A DNA stretch of 61,750 bases, filler included, from Basidioascus undulatus (GCA_000826855.1; 7 parts of 7 records of this genome joined end to end with filler, not necessarily neighbours in it), one strand, 5' to 3'; shown: positions 37,219-50,191, numbered from the whole stretch's first letter. Notes: generated by a model not told the origin, from the letters alone. Translations and numbers: made by a program.

Positions 37219-38582
37219 ATGAAGTTCCACCTCCGCGCATTCGTCCGCGGCAAAGAGGACCAGTCGCGCTCGTGCGAGCTCAGCGCGGTCAAGGAGCGTT
37301 CGTTCGGGTTACCGTCGCTGGGCAGCGACTGGAACCTTCTCTCGCATAGCGAGTTCTCGGGGGCGGAATGGGTGCAGGAGGTCCGAGTGGATGAGGCGCT
37401 GCGGCGGTGTCCTGCGACGCCGTCTCGCCCGCAGAGCACAGGTACGTTTCATCCCTCTTTGACCTACCTCCCAATACACAGTCAACTTTCAACTTCTTTT
37501 GAAATGAGCTGACAGGTAGCGTCTTACCAGCAGCCGGCCCGCACACGCCAACTTCCACCACCCCGCGCAAACTCCCCAACATCACGCCGTTCTCTCCTTT
37601 CCGCCTCTCTTCTACCGCTCCTCTCCTCTTCGGCAGCGCGTCTCCAGCACCAACACCCACCCATACTGGCACTGCTACACCCACGCGCCGCAAGTCCACC
37701 GACCCCTTCGCGACTCCGACGGGGTCCGTGCGCACGGACAGTGCTGTGTTGACGCCGAAGCAGGCGCTGCGAATCGTCAAGCGCGCCCGCGCCGAGGGCT
37801 CGTCGCCGCTCGCAACTCCTTCTCACACGACCTACGCTCGCCGGCCGACACTCTCACTTCTTACCCCTCCATCCGACTTCCCCTCCCCGCCGCTCCACCG
37901 CGTGCGCTCACCGGACTCGATCCTCTCCCCTTCAGTCGACTCCATTCTCTCGCGCTCGAGCGACTCCATCCTCTCCTTCTCCTCCGACAGCGACGCCGAG
38001 CGCGACGATGACCCCCCCTGCCCCCGCCCCTTCTCTGCCCCCGGTCCTAGCGTAGCAGTCCCTCCCGTCCCCCTCCACGACTCGTCAGCCTCAAGCGCGC
38101 AGCCCCGACGCCTCGCGCGCAGCGTTCGTCCCTCGCTCTTGCCTGTCTCGACGTCTCGCCAGGCGTCCCGCACGCCCAGTCCGAACGCGCTCCAACGCGC
38201 GGGGAGTACCAAACAAAGTCGTCCAACTGCAGTTCGCCCAGCGCCCTCCGCTCCTATCTCCGCCGACGCTGTCCCCGCGCTCGCGCGCGTACCTCGCGGT
38301 AAAAAGTCGGAGGAGAACCGACGCGGGCCGCTCGGGGGGACGAGCAAGATCCCCTGGAGCCAGGACGCTTCCGCGCGTGTCCGCAAACCTGTTCGGAAGC
38401 TCTTCCGAGGAGAGGCTGGACAGGGCAGCGCAAGGGGCGCCGAGAACGCTGCCAGAGTGGCGCGGTCTACGGTGCGGGCGAGGTCGGTGGGCTCGCCGGA
38501 AGGGATCGGGAAGGCTGGGGAGAGTCTATCTAGCGGGGGGAGGACTGGAACGGTGGAAGGCGGTCGGATTGGACGCATCTGA
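37219..38582 (+). CDS. Hypothetical Ser/Pro/Arg-rich protein
   Basis: ATG at 37219 (MKFHLRAFVRG...), GTACGT intron near 37442, long low-complexity ORF to stop at 38582. Confidence 0.55.
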
Positions 38583-39986
38583 GGAGGGGAAGAGTTGGAC
38601 ATCAGGTGCCCGCTCCTCAATTTTTGCTGAAGTTCTCTGTTCTTCTCCCCCTTTCCTCTCCTTTCCACTTTTCTATCGCACAAAGCGCACGATATCCCGC
38701 CATGCTTCTGATATCCCTTCGCACTGTCGCTGCTGCATGTACTGCCCCCCATTTCTTCCTTGCGGACAAGGGATGCTGTCATGTGCTATTCTTCAAAAGC
38801 GAAGCGACTTCTCAGTGCATTAAAGACTATGGACCTCTGTCCAGAAGCCAGCGAGCGGATTGCTTTGTGCGCTGCAGCTGGACGGATCTGTCGGGCTGCT
38901 GTCAGATACTGCACTGTATGTTGATTCAACTCTGAACCTCTATCTCCTTTAGTTAAACCTCCTACCCTCTTTGATAAAGAGCCCCAATCTGCCATACCGA
39001 AGCTCTGTGACCAAGTTGCGAGGCTGGGACAGAGCAACACAAGGCACCAGGGTCTGGCCACTGGTCGGCAGGGAATACAGACAGGCCCCGTCTTTCCCCA
39101 TTTTTCCCTTTTGTCCGGAAACTACTTGGTAGCGACCTTCAACAATCTGTTTTTCCAAGAGTACGCGGGGGGAAAGGGGGCTGAGGCTCGCGTGCGAGTG
39201 GAAGGAAGTCTTGCTGTCTTTGTTGCGGCCGAGGCATTGTTTTGAGAAAGATTGCTGGCCCTCTACACTGAGATCAATCAAAGCCCAAAGCGCACCACCC
39301 ACCGAACCGAACCATCAACACTAGCCGCCGGATGCAACAATTACACAACAATATCGAACACCTCGTAGTGTTGTTTTCTACCTGCCGCCGACATTCACTA
39401 TTGCATCGGTTAACCGAGATTTCTCGGTATCTGCCCATCGAGCTATCTACCAGAATTTACCAGCTTTTTGTGAAGTTTTCAACAGCTTTTTCTTTACAGT
39501 GCTGCGTGTTCAAGAATGCTGGCAGTGTTGTGGGCGATGTTGGGCGATGCACGGTGGCCGCGGCTGCATTGCGGCTGCAAGCGGCCCGTGTCAAGCCGGC
39601 CCGGAGTGCCCGCTCGTAGTGTTGCCATTGTTTTTCCCCCTTCAGAGTGCAGTCCGAGTCCACCCTAGGTCAAGAATCTGGCAACCAATGGCAACGTGAA
39701 ATGGCCTCATAGCGTACAGCACCATTTGCGGGTGGAATTGGGGGAAATGGCTCGAAAGACGTTCATATGGCGAGCGCGGTGGAGATTACAGGTGACACCT
39801 GCGAAATGACGAAAGCAACAGACCGGACCGCCCCGGTCCGACGTCACCTGTGGTGCCCCTGCCCTTGCGATTGCACTTCAACGAGCTTCGCTGGCGATTT
39901 CTCCCTCTTTCCTCTCCTGATCATCACCGTGCACTTGCTGCAGATCCATACCACCTCACAACTCAACCAACTGGATACCATCCAAC

Positions 39987-41909
39987 ATGACTACCGCGAA
40001 GTCCATCTCGAACAAGGACATCCCCGTGCCCCACTCCAAGTACGTCTTTGGTTCTACCTGGGTTGGATGTGGGCCTGACTGGTGGGTCTGCAGGTACCCC
40101 CAGAAGCAGATTCCCCTCATTGGGCTCGGAACCTGGCAGGCTGCGCCGGGTGAAGTCGAGGCCGCTGTGTATGAGTCCCTCAAGGCTGGCTACACCCACA
40201 GTACGTGTAACAACCACCGGCCTTGTGCGGTCGCTAACGACCTCCGGCCGACACTTTCCAGTCGACGCCGCTGCTAGTACGTCGATGATGACTTGGTAGA
40301 GCATTTGTGACGCTGTGCTGAACCCGGTACTCTGGGAACTCACAGTCTACCAGAACGAGCCCGAGGTCGGAAACGGCATCAAGCGCTACCTCCAGGAGAC
40401 CGGCAAGTCGCGCGACGAGCTGTGGGTGACCTCGAAGCTCTGGAACAACGCGTAAGCACAATCTCTACGGTCTTCCGAAGACAGAGCTCAGATTAGTGTC
40501 TTCAGCCACCGCCCTGAGGATGTTCCCGCCGCGCTCGAGAAGACGCTGAAGGACCTTCAGCTCGACTACCTTGACCTCGTGAGTTTGTTGGTCCGATTAC
40601 GATATCACACCGATCTGACATGCCGCCTGCTCCAGTACCTTATCCACTGTACGGTTCACGCACCTTCCTCGTCTGCCTCGACGCTAACGCCTAAACGATG
40701 TGTGACAGGGCCAGCCAGCTTCGAGCCGCATGGGGAGTTGATCCCGAAGGACGACCACGGCCTCATTAAGCTTGACCAGACCAACCCTCCGCATGAGAAG
40801 ACTTGGGCTGCGCTCGAGTCTCTTCTTGCGACCGGCAAGGTCCGCAACATCGGTGCGCCCCTGCAGCCTTACCGCCGCGCGCGGGACGGGTATTGACGTC
40901 TTGCGCCGACCCTTTCAGGTCTCTCCAACTTCACCAAGTCGGAGACGGAGAACGTGCTCAAGCACGCCAAGCACAAGTGCGTGGGCTTCCCGAGGGATCC
41001 GCATGTTGCAGCGTGATGCTGATGCATGTTCGTCTGCAGGCCTGACTTCATCCAGCTCGAGCTGCACCCTTACTTGAACCAGCTCCCGTACACCAAGTGG
41101 CTACAGGTTCGTAAAAATCCGGACCTTTCCTTGTCGCAAAGATCGGTCTGACACGTATTTAATCAGTCCGAGGGCATCGTCGTTCAGGCCTACTCTCCCT
41201 TCGGCAACCTGAACCCCGTGAGCACTGCTCTGCTACGCCAGAAGGAGCGTGGTACTGACGTTCCATCTTGCTTCAAGTTATACGCGGTGGGCGACGAGGG
41301 CAAGGTTGTCGACCACCAGGTTGTCAAGGAGATTGCTGCCAAGTATGGCAAGACCACCTCCCAGACCGTCCTCTCGTGGGGCGCTGCGTATGTCTTCTGT
41401 TTACCGCTGGCACCACGGTCACTATATAGAGCGCTGAACTGATATAATCTTAACCATAGGCACAACTACACCGTCCTTCCCAAGTCCGCCAACGCCGGCC
41501 GCATCCGCGAGAACCTCGACATCTTCGAGCTCGAGGCGGCCGACGTCGAGAAGATCGACGGGATAAACCTCAACTTGCGCTACAGTGCGTTGAAGCTTTA
41601 CGGAATCTTGTCCCCAGAGCGTTTGAATTGACCGATATATCATACGCGCTGCAGACGACGCGAGCACCAGCTTCGGCTACGGTATGACGCTCGGTTAAAT
41701 GTCGAATGGAGTAATTCGCTGACTTTGAACTTTCCGAATGACAGTGTTCTTCAGCGACGAGAAGGACGCCACCACCATTGCGTCGCAGACTTTCGAGAGT
41801 ACGTGTGGCGACTACGTCCTGTCGGGGATTAAGGCTGACGGTCTTCTCTCTTTCTACAGATGTCAAGCAGAAGGTTCTTGCTACCGCTAAGGGCGCTGTT
41901 GGGAAGTAG
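39987..41909 (+). CDS. Aldo-keto reductase, paralog 1 (14 introns)
   Basis: IPLIGLGTWQ, H|IDAAA|IYQNE, VTSKLWN, YLDL|YLIH|WP, VRNI|GLSNF, QLELHPYL, AYSPFG, LPKS..RIRENL. Catalytic D/Y/K/H tetrad present. Confidence 0.93.
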
Positions 41910-42100
41910 GTGAATAATGGGGGACGACCGTTGACTGAACGCTAGATACCTTGAATTGAATTGACAATGGTTGCTCGTCTGCTTATTGCAATCTCGGGAA
42001 TCGGCCGTGAGAGATCAGAGTCGTTGGGGCTGCTGAGAACAGATCTGGACGAGATGAGTGTTGGAAGTCACTGAGTGTGACGCTGCGTATTTCGTATGTG

Positions 42101-42253
42101 CTGGTGGTGAAGCGTTCCGGACGTGTCGACAATGCATGTGCCAAGTGCTTTTCATGTGCTCGAAGCTTAGAGTTATCTGGTGGTTAAGCGTTCCGGAAGG
42201 GTCGACAATGCATGTGCGAAGTGCTTCTCATGTGCTCGAAGCTTAAGAATTAT
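42101..42253. repeat. Two-copy tandem duplication of about 76 bp
   Basis: CTGGTGGT(G/T)AAGCGTTCCGGA...CATGTGCTCGAAGCTTA..TTAT at 42101 and 42177. Confidence 0.85.
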
Positions 42254-42361
42254 CGCTCATCACGTCCCGCCTTCAAAAGCTACGCTGCGCCTTCGACGAG
42301 GAACATCGATCGCTTAACACCCACTTCACTTAACATCGAAGGCACGCAGAAGTTCAACCAA

Positions 42362-43972
42362 ATGCCGGACGTTGAGCCCGTTCCATGCGCCGAGAAGACA
42401 TATGCGATCCCTCATTCAAAGTTGCTGCCCGCCATCCCTGTCCGCACGCGTCACACAAGCTGAGTTCGCTGTCGACAGGCATCCTGAGAAGCAGATCCCT
42501 GCTATTGGGCTCGGTACATGGCAGGCGAAACCGTGAGTTTCAAGTTCAGGCTTCCAATATCGTGCATTGGAAGGCTCAGTTATGAGGATGCGCAGCGGGG
42601 AGGTCGAAGTCGCTGTCTACGACGCTTTGCGTACTGGATACAGGCACAGTACGTACACATAACACATGAATCACGCGAAATCACTCATGAGTAACAATGG
42701 GGTTTACTCAGTTGACGCGGCCACCAGTCAGTTGGAGGAGCCTCGCTGAGCATCTCACATCCCACCAAGAATGCTGACAAAGGCTGGGCCAGTCTACCTG
42801 AACGAGAAGGTACAAGCCCTGTGTATAGAGGTGGAAAGCCTATCATCGCTGAATCCGTGATTCAGGAAGTGGGAAACGGTATCAAAAGGTTCCTGGATGA
42901 GACGGGGACAAACCGCGACGAAATGTGGGTGACCAGGTGCGTCCCTTCAGCATTGATACGATTTTACCCGGCTTTTCTGAGTGTCCGCCCTACAGCAAAC
43001 TATGGTGCAACTCGTACGTAGATTTTATATTTCGCCCTAGGGCGATCCAACTGATCAAGTAACACCAGGCACCGCCCCGACCGCGTTCAGCCGGCGCTTG
43101 AAAAATCTCTGCAAGATCTTCAGCTGGATTATCTCGACCTGGTGCGCACTTTGATGCTCCTTCTCTGATGTGCGGGTAAAATCTCAGATATGTTCTCAAC
43201 CCAGTACCTCATTCATTGGCCTGCAAGTGTCTGCTGGTCCTTTCACGGAAGAAGCCCGCATTGACGGTTGTGCAATCTCAGGTGGCTCTCAAGCCGGGCG
43301 ACGAGCTCATCCCGAAGGACGAATACGGTATGCAGCCTTTAGAAACTGCGCGCACTATTGGTATATGACTGACTTAGATTCTGCCATCTTAGGCCTTCCG
43401 ATCCTTGATAAGGAGACGAAGCTTACCGACACGTGGCATGCTATGGAGGACCTTCTCGAAACCAACAAAGTGCGGAACATCGGTACGTGTCACCCCGGGG
43501 CTTTGAGGTAATACAGTCAGTGTTTATTTACTCCACCATGCCATTGAGGTATCTCCAACTTCACCCGCTCCGAAACGGAGGAGGTCAAGTCGCAGGCAAG
43601 GCACCCGCCCGACGCTATCCAGAACGGTGCGTCTCGTCGCTGCAATGCGAGGGTTGTCCACAGCTGACTCAGTTGCGTCCTAAAGAGCTGCACCCTTACC
43701 TTCAGCAAAAGCCCTACGTCAAGTGGCTGCAGTCGTAAGCGGTCTCGGCTCGTATGCGTGGGGCAGTGGCTAAATGGCAGCCGCCCTGATAGGAACGGAA
43801 TAACGGTGGAAGCGTACTCTCCGTTTGGTGTACTTTGTTCCAGCTGCTGTCAACTCAAAAAAATGGGCTGATATATTCTTCCCTAAAAGAACTTGAATCC
43901 AGTCTACCAAGTCGGCGATGAAGGAAGAGTCGTCGACCAGCCGGTGATCAAGGAGATCGCGCAGAAGGCGGG
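42362..43972 (+). CDS. Aldo-keto reductase, tandem paralog 2, 3'-truncated
   Basis: IPHSK|HPEKQIPAIGLGTWQAKP|GEVE, IDAAT|IYLNE, VTS|KLW, YLIHWP, VRNI|GISNF, ELHPYL, AYSPFG|NLNPVYQVGDEG. Ends in low-quality homopolymers before the spacer. Confidence 0.85.
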
Positions 43973-44010
43973 CACTTCTTCCTTTCTATCAGCCGGGGCC
44001 CCCTCCCCCC

Positions 44011-44059
<49 letters not shown>

Positions 44060-44123
44060 TAAAAAAAAAATAAAAAAGAAAAATAAAAACAAAAGCAGAA
44101 ATGGACTGGGTGGTGATTGCGCT

Positions 44124-44223
44124 NNNNNNNNNNNNNNNNNNNNNNNNNNNNNNNNNNNNNNNNNNNNTTAATTAATTAANNNNNNNNNNNNNNNNNNNNN
44201 NNNNNNNNNNNNNNNNNNNNNNN
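44124..44223. other. Artificial contig spacer
   Basis: N-run with TTAATTAATTAA. Confidence 0.97.
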
Positions 44224-44268
44224 TCCTCTCACCCTTTCGTCTCACCCCTCCCCCCCCCGGGCCCTCAG

Positions 44269-44535
44269 GTCGACTGGACGTCCGAAATGGGCTGCTTCTC
44301 GTCCTTCCTGCACGAGCTCGCCTACTTCTACGCGCCCTTTCCCCTCACCTCTGCGTCCGAGCCGCCGCAGGACGCGCACGCAACCGCAGCGGAGGAGTCA
44401 AGACGGTGGCAGATCCAGCACGTCGTCTTCCCCGCGCTCGCGAGCTCGCTCGTCCCCCCCAAGCGGCTGCTCGAGCGCGACGTCGCGCAGGTCGCGAGCC
44501 TGCCCGATTTGTATCGGATCTTTGAGAGATGCTAG
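44269..44535 (+). CDS. MLH1: DNA mismatch repair protein MLH1, last exon only
   Basis: VDWTSEMGCFSSFLHELAYFY...IQHVVFP...VASLPDLYRIFERC*; the terminal FERC motif is characteristic of MLH1. Confidence 0.92.
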   Translation, partial: VDWTSEMGCFSSFLHELAYFYAPFPLTSASEPPQDAHATAAEESRRWQIQHVVFPALASSLVPPKRLLERDVAQVASLPDLYRIFERC

Positions 44536-45420
44536 AGCGGGGGGAGCGGCGGAGGAGGGACTGGGATATCGCGACTCGTGCTGGGGCTGGGGCTGAAAAA
44601 GTTGATAGGGGAAGGAGAGGGGGGACACAGTCGATGTTGTACTTCTTGCGCTGTTGTACTTCTTCGCTTATTGTTCGCCTGCCTGCCTGCCGTTTGGTGA
44701 GATTTCTCGGGTCTTGTGGGGCGTATGTTGGTGATGTTGTTCAGTTGCATTGCCGGAGCGGTTAGGCGGTGAATATTGAATCAAGCATCCTCATGTTGTG
44801 TCGTCCGATCGTCGTAATTGCCGTCTACGCGGACCACTCAGCTGCTCCTGAAAAATAAACCTGGACGTTTGGGCAATGTCCTTGGGGTTGGACGTTGCGC
44901 ATAACCGGGACTCGGGGCCGTCCGAGTCAGGCACTGTAGCCTTTGCCAGCTTGCGGCAACGGTTGGGCATGCGGTACACGTGTACCGAATGATGTTATGT
45001 TTTCGCTCTTTCGTGCACTTTGGAGGTCTCATAAGTCAAGTTCAAACAAAGATGCCTCAGTGGCACTTTGCTATCGTCTACGTGGGTGAGTGCTGCAGAA
45101 CGTCGCGCCTGTTGCTGCCTGGCTCTGTCAAGGCTGTAAGCATTGCTTTTACTCTGCACAACTTTGGCACAAATTAATGCAATATTAAAGCCGGCAAACG
45201 GAAGCTGTACATAGGGTCCGCGCTCGTCTAGCGCAGATCTTCTTGCGCGAGCCGTGCCTGCTGCAGGCTAGCGCGACCCGGTTGTTGTTTTACTTCCCCG
45301 TCGCATAAATTGCCAGTCGCCTTGTGCTGCTCAATTGCCCCTTTCCAGGATAACGATTCCCCTTCTTCCTTCTTACCCTCACATCCTACTTACTCCCCAC
45401 TCTTATTCACGGCGAACATC

Positions 45421-45519
45421 ATATCGAACGCTCCTTTCGCTTACATCTAACTAATATCGAACGCTCCTTTCGCTTACATCTAACTAATATCCAACGCTCC
45501 TTTCGCTTACATCTAACTG
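45421..45519. repeat. 33-bp tandem repeat x3
   Basis: ATATCGAACGCTCCTTTCGCTTACATCTAACTA at 45421 and 45454; third copy at 45487 has 2 substitutions. Confidence 0.95.
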
Positions 45520-45533
45520 ATCTCGCACTGCAC

Positions 45534-48500
45534 ATGCGGTTCCTCTCCACCGCCGCCCTCGCGGCTCTCGCGCTCTTCGGAGCCTCCTCGACGCTCGCGG
45601 CGCCCAGCTCAGGCGAGAACGAAAAACTCACGCCTCAGCAGAAGGCGGACCGGGTCAAGGGCCTCTTCCAGCAGTCCTTCGAGGACTACAAGCATTACGC
45701 GTACGGGTTTGACCTCCTCAAACCCGAGTCCAAGAAGGGCGAGAACGACGGCATTCTGGCGGGATGGGGCGGCACCATCGTCGACTCTCTGACCACGTAC
45801 GTTCGCTCCCCCCGCCCCCCACATACCTGTTTCCTGGAACAAGCTGATACTTCACTTTCAGGCAAATCATTATGAAACTCGACGACCAGGTCAAGGGCGG
45901 GTTGGACTGGATCAGGAACTTGGACTTTTCCAGAACGACCTCGAGGGAGAAAGTGAACGTGTACGCATGTTCGTTTGAATGCGCCCAGTAATATCCAGTA
46001 CTGAAGTGGAAGATGAGGGTTATGTAGTTTCGAGGTATGGTGCTCTTGTTCAAGTCGGCTGGGATGCGGGCAGCTGAGACTGCTGTCTACTCTTGTAGCT
46101 TACCATCCGTTACATCGGCGGTCTGGTGTCGGCGGTACGTACTTGCAAGCCTGAATTATCTCCACCTACTTTAACTGATTGTAGCTCTGGTTCTTTCACC
46201 AGTACGAGCTCCTCGAGGAGAAGGACGAGTATCGCTTCCTTATTGACAAGGCTGTGAGTACGATCCCCACGCAGTGCGGGCCGAAGCGAGGCTCAATAAG
46301 ACGCGACGGCAGCGAGACCTCGCGGACCGCCTTGCTTTCGCGTGGACGGGCGAAAACAGAATCCCCTACAAGTGCGCAAAGGTCATAGGTTTCAACTCTA
46401 CCCACTTACTGACAGACGGTCGCATGTCAGCTCTTTCGACTACAACACCCTCACGCCGGTGAAGCAGAACACGGTTCGTGTTTTCATTGCTCACTGTCTG
46501 TCTCTGACGCCACTGATTGTGAGCGTTCCCAATTCAGGGCAGCAAGGCAGCCTCTTCTCGATGCCCCACCTATTTCAGCTGACGGATGAGGACGTCCACG
46601 TACAGTTGCTGTCGCTGGCACCCTCGCGCTCGAGTGGTGCGCTCTCACCCGGGCCTCGGGCAATACCACCTACTGCGACCTGGGCCTGGGGGCCCTTCAA
46701 GCTGTCATCGATACCAACCCCGCCCCTGCGGGTCTCTATGCTCAGGGCATCAGCCCTTCGACTGGCAAAGCCACCGACAACTATGTGACGTGGGGCGGAG
46801 GGTAAGCTGAAAGCAGTTCTGTTGTTCTACGGCAACTGACCAGTGCCTTGCAGGTCCGACTCGGCTTTCGAGTACCTTCTGAAATACGGTCAAGTGAGTA
46901 TTTGCTTCCTTTTTTGCGCTTTCCCACGCTGATGCCGGAGACACTAGATGGTCGGCGGCAACAAGCGTACTCAATACGTAGACGCGTGGAGAGGTGCGCC
47001 GCACGATTGCACGCTGCTCAAGGACTTGTCGATTCACGCAAGGTTCTTTAGAGAGCGTCTACTCGTCTGTTCAGTACCTGATAAAGTATTCGAGGTACGT
47101 CTCCAGCTCCAGTGCCTCGGCTCTGCTGACGCGATTGCACGCCTTCACAGTGTCGGCGATCGCACGTACTTGACCGACCGCTCTGGCGACCAGAACATCG
47201 AGGTCTTTTCTCACCTCGCCTGCTTCGTCGGTTCGTCCCCATCCACGCATCCTCCAGTCTTCTCCCTACCTCTCTTGAAAACTAGCCGTCGAGCTCAACG
47301 CCCGGAACCCCAGGCGGCAACTGGATCCAGGGCGGGCGTATGCTTAATGATGACACCATGTGAGTCGTCCGTATCGGCTTGATGCTTGCTCTAAGCAGGT
47401 ATTTGGTAGTGTCGACTACGGCCTGCAGCTTGCGGAGACTTGCTATAACTCCTACCAGGGGACTGCGACCGGCATCGGTCCGGAATCGTTCGGTGCGCAC
47501 ATATTGTTTGGATGTCAAGGGATACTCGGAGGGCTAACACCGCACGCACAGGTTTTATCGACCGGGACGACCCGGAAAAAGATGCGAAGCTTGCCGAACT
47601 CTCGCAGGAGGACCGGGACTTGTACGTTCTCACCGCGGCTTTACGTGTACCCTGGCTTAGACGGTCGATGCTTCAGCTACTTGGCCAACGGCTTCTACAT
47701 CCTGGTCAGTTCTCGTTCTCCGTGTTATCCGGACTCAGCGCGCTCACGCCGATCTTGTATTCGATGTAGGGCTCGGGCTACATGCTTCGGCCTGAAGGTG
47801 TGTATCAACCTCACACTTTTCCTTTTGATGAACCAACTAAGCCTGCTGTGTTCTCTAGTCCTCGAAGTACGTCAAGTACGCTCGCTCTTCGTTTCCAGCG
47901 CTCATATTTTCTTTGCAGTCTGTTTTCTACGCGTGGAGGGCCACCGGCAACGAGAAATATAGGGGTGGGCCAAGGGAAGCTCCTTGAAGTGTGCGGTAGG
48001 ACTTACGCGCTCGCCACTCTTTAGACTGGGCTTGGGAGGCATTCTTGAACCTCGAGGTGTACACCAAAGCCCCCGCTGCTTGTCCGTCTCCCTTTGCGCC
48101 GTCTAGTTGTCTTCGTACATAACCGTCTCCCAACTCAGACTCCGGCATCGAGGACGTCAACCAGGTCCCTGTTACTCTGACCGACAACTCTCAGGTTTGT
48201 CACAGTCGGAAAGGTCTGCGTGAGCTGCGCTAACTCTCCCCTTCTCCCCTTTTGCAGTCGTTCTGGTATGCGAGAAACACTAGGCATCTCACGTCATGAA
48301 CTCTCACCCACACTTCCCTTGTTCTTCAGGTACGCTGAGACGCTGAAGTACCTCTACCTCACTTTCGTGGACCCGTCGGTCATGAACCTCGACAGCATTG
48401 TCTTCAACACCGGTCAGTCTTCCCCCATTTGTATGATTTGTCGGCGCACGCTTGCTGAAAGGTTCTACAGAGGCCCACCCCCTCAAGCTCAACAACCCGA

Positions 48501-48550
48501 ACGGCGGTGAATGGTCTCCGATCCAGGCCTCCTTTCCCGCTGCCTCCTAG
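45534..48550 (+). CDS. Secreted class I alpha-1,2-mannosidase (GH47), about 24 introns
   Basis: Signal peptide, YAYGFDLLKP, GWGGTIVDSLTT, V|FE|LTIRYIGGL, AGTLALEW, GGSDSAFEYLLK, HLACF, TATGIGPESF, LRPE|VLE|SVFYAWR, SFW|YAETLKYLYL, FNT|EAHP. Confidence 0.92.
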
Positions 48551-49237
48551 GCCAGTGCGTTGAGTGAGTCATGCATGTCCGTAGCAGGGTGTGTCCTGAC
48601 GCAGGGATGGTTGGCAAGACTGACCGCATTGTGCATCGTAAACATTCCTTCCTCCATTTTGGGGACGCTGTTGGTTGTTTACGGACTTCATGTATACGCA
48701 CTCGCTTGACTACCAATCTTTGCCACTCTGTATTCCGTGCACTTGAATCAGCCTGGACCGGCAGACTTTTGTCTCCCTATGCTGCAGAGTGACATGGTAC
48801 GAGGTACCAGCCAACGTCGTCCCAGCAGAGTACATACACAGTTCAATGTGTTACTCTGCTCAGATCTTTCCTGCCAACCAGAGCACGGCGAAAAATGAGC
48901 GGACTGCTGCCCATTGGAACCTTCTCTTGCTTCAAGGCCATATGTCAACGGCTCCAGCTCGGTCACCCTCCTGTCGATTTCTCGGCCAATAGAGCTATTA
49001 GACAAGCCATTCAGAGGAAAGTTCGACGCCTGACAAAAATAAACGAACCGGACAAAACTTTCGAGAACAATGCAACACTGATGATGGTTAACCCGATACT
49101 GTCCAGGAGCCGCCGCCTCAAGCCTTTGGTGTTGTCAGTTCTGCCTGGTACAGTGACTCAAGTGCAAGAAGAGATCTGGTCAGGCAAAGGAAAAGCTGGG
49201 ATGGCTGCGGGGCAAAAAGAACTAAAAGTTCAAGATA

Positions 49238-49329
49238 CGACCAGAGCAGGATTTGAACCTACGCGGGCAGAGCCCATGAGATGTCAAAGGCATTCGAGTC
49301 TCACGCCTTAACCGCTCGGCCATCTGGTC
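49238..49329 (-). tRNA. tRNA-Ser(CGA) with an intron of about 10 nt
   Basis: GACCAGATGGCCGAGCGGTTAAGGCGTGAGACTCGAA[TGCCTTTGAC]ATCTCATGGGCTCTGCCCGCGTAGGTTCAAATCCTGCTCTGGTCG: intron at 37/38, long variable arm, G discriminator. Confidence 0.93.
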
Positions 49330-50191
49330 ATATGTGACAGATATTCTTTTATGTATCGACTAGCGCGCACCAAATTTACAATACCTGACCACCCTGTGCC
49401 TTCTTCGACCAGATAGTAACCCTAGAACACTATTTCTCCCGAATAAAGGTTATCGTACTAAGGGAAAGTCACCTTTCCCAGAAGTGTGACTGACGATCTC
49501 AACAGGCTTGCCTGAAAGTTGATGTGCTTTGAGTGAGCAGGAGTTCAATATTCCTGTGGTGCATTCACTACCGTGAAACGTTATTTCACGAAAGCGGCAG
49601 TATATGATTGCCGCACTTAAGAAGCGTGGTAGAGTGATAGGTTCTCTTTAATTCATGAACCTCAAAGTCCAACAAATGCACAGGGGTGAATGCATGTCGT
49701 AAGTTACAAGGCAGTTTGATCGGAATACACAGAAAAGGTTCAGTATGCGATATAAAAGATGTATCAAATGGGACTGGACATAGAGTACAATTTGCGGTCT
49801 GCTTGCCAACGTGCAACCTCGAACGCTCGGGCTGTGGGCTGCATCGTTCTGCCCTGCAACGTGACACTTTAGGTTTTGTGCTTGCATTATGAATACCATG
49901 CCGCCGAACTTGCCATGGAAGCATTATTCTATCCCACCCCTACAGATGAATTGTCAGTTTGATTGCAGGTGTAGTCTTCACCACAAAGCCCTGGGTTGCG
50001 GTGAGAGTCCTCTGTTCATTGTAACGGCGCGCACGACGGATTTTCTCCATCTGTGAGATGGACTGGGGAAATTAGCCTCTGCTCCTCTTGTCCCCCATAA
50101 CACAGCCGAGCCGTCATGAGCAACTATTCGCAGTCCAACAAACTTCCCGCACACAGCTCACCACCTGAATCAACAGCGCCGCGCCCACCTC

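Noticed and set aside
44006..44095. Poly-C/poly-T/poly-A run giving a poly-Phe/Lys ORF, or a retro-element tail
   Set aside because: It sits at a contig end and interrupts AKR2; typical low-quality sequence.
45421..45519. CRISPR-like array
   Set aside because: Head-to-tail repeats without spacers, eukaryotic context, no cas genes.
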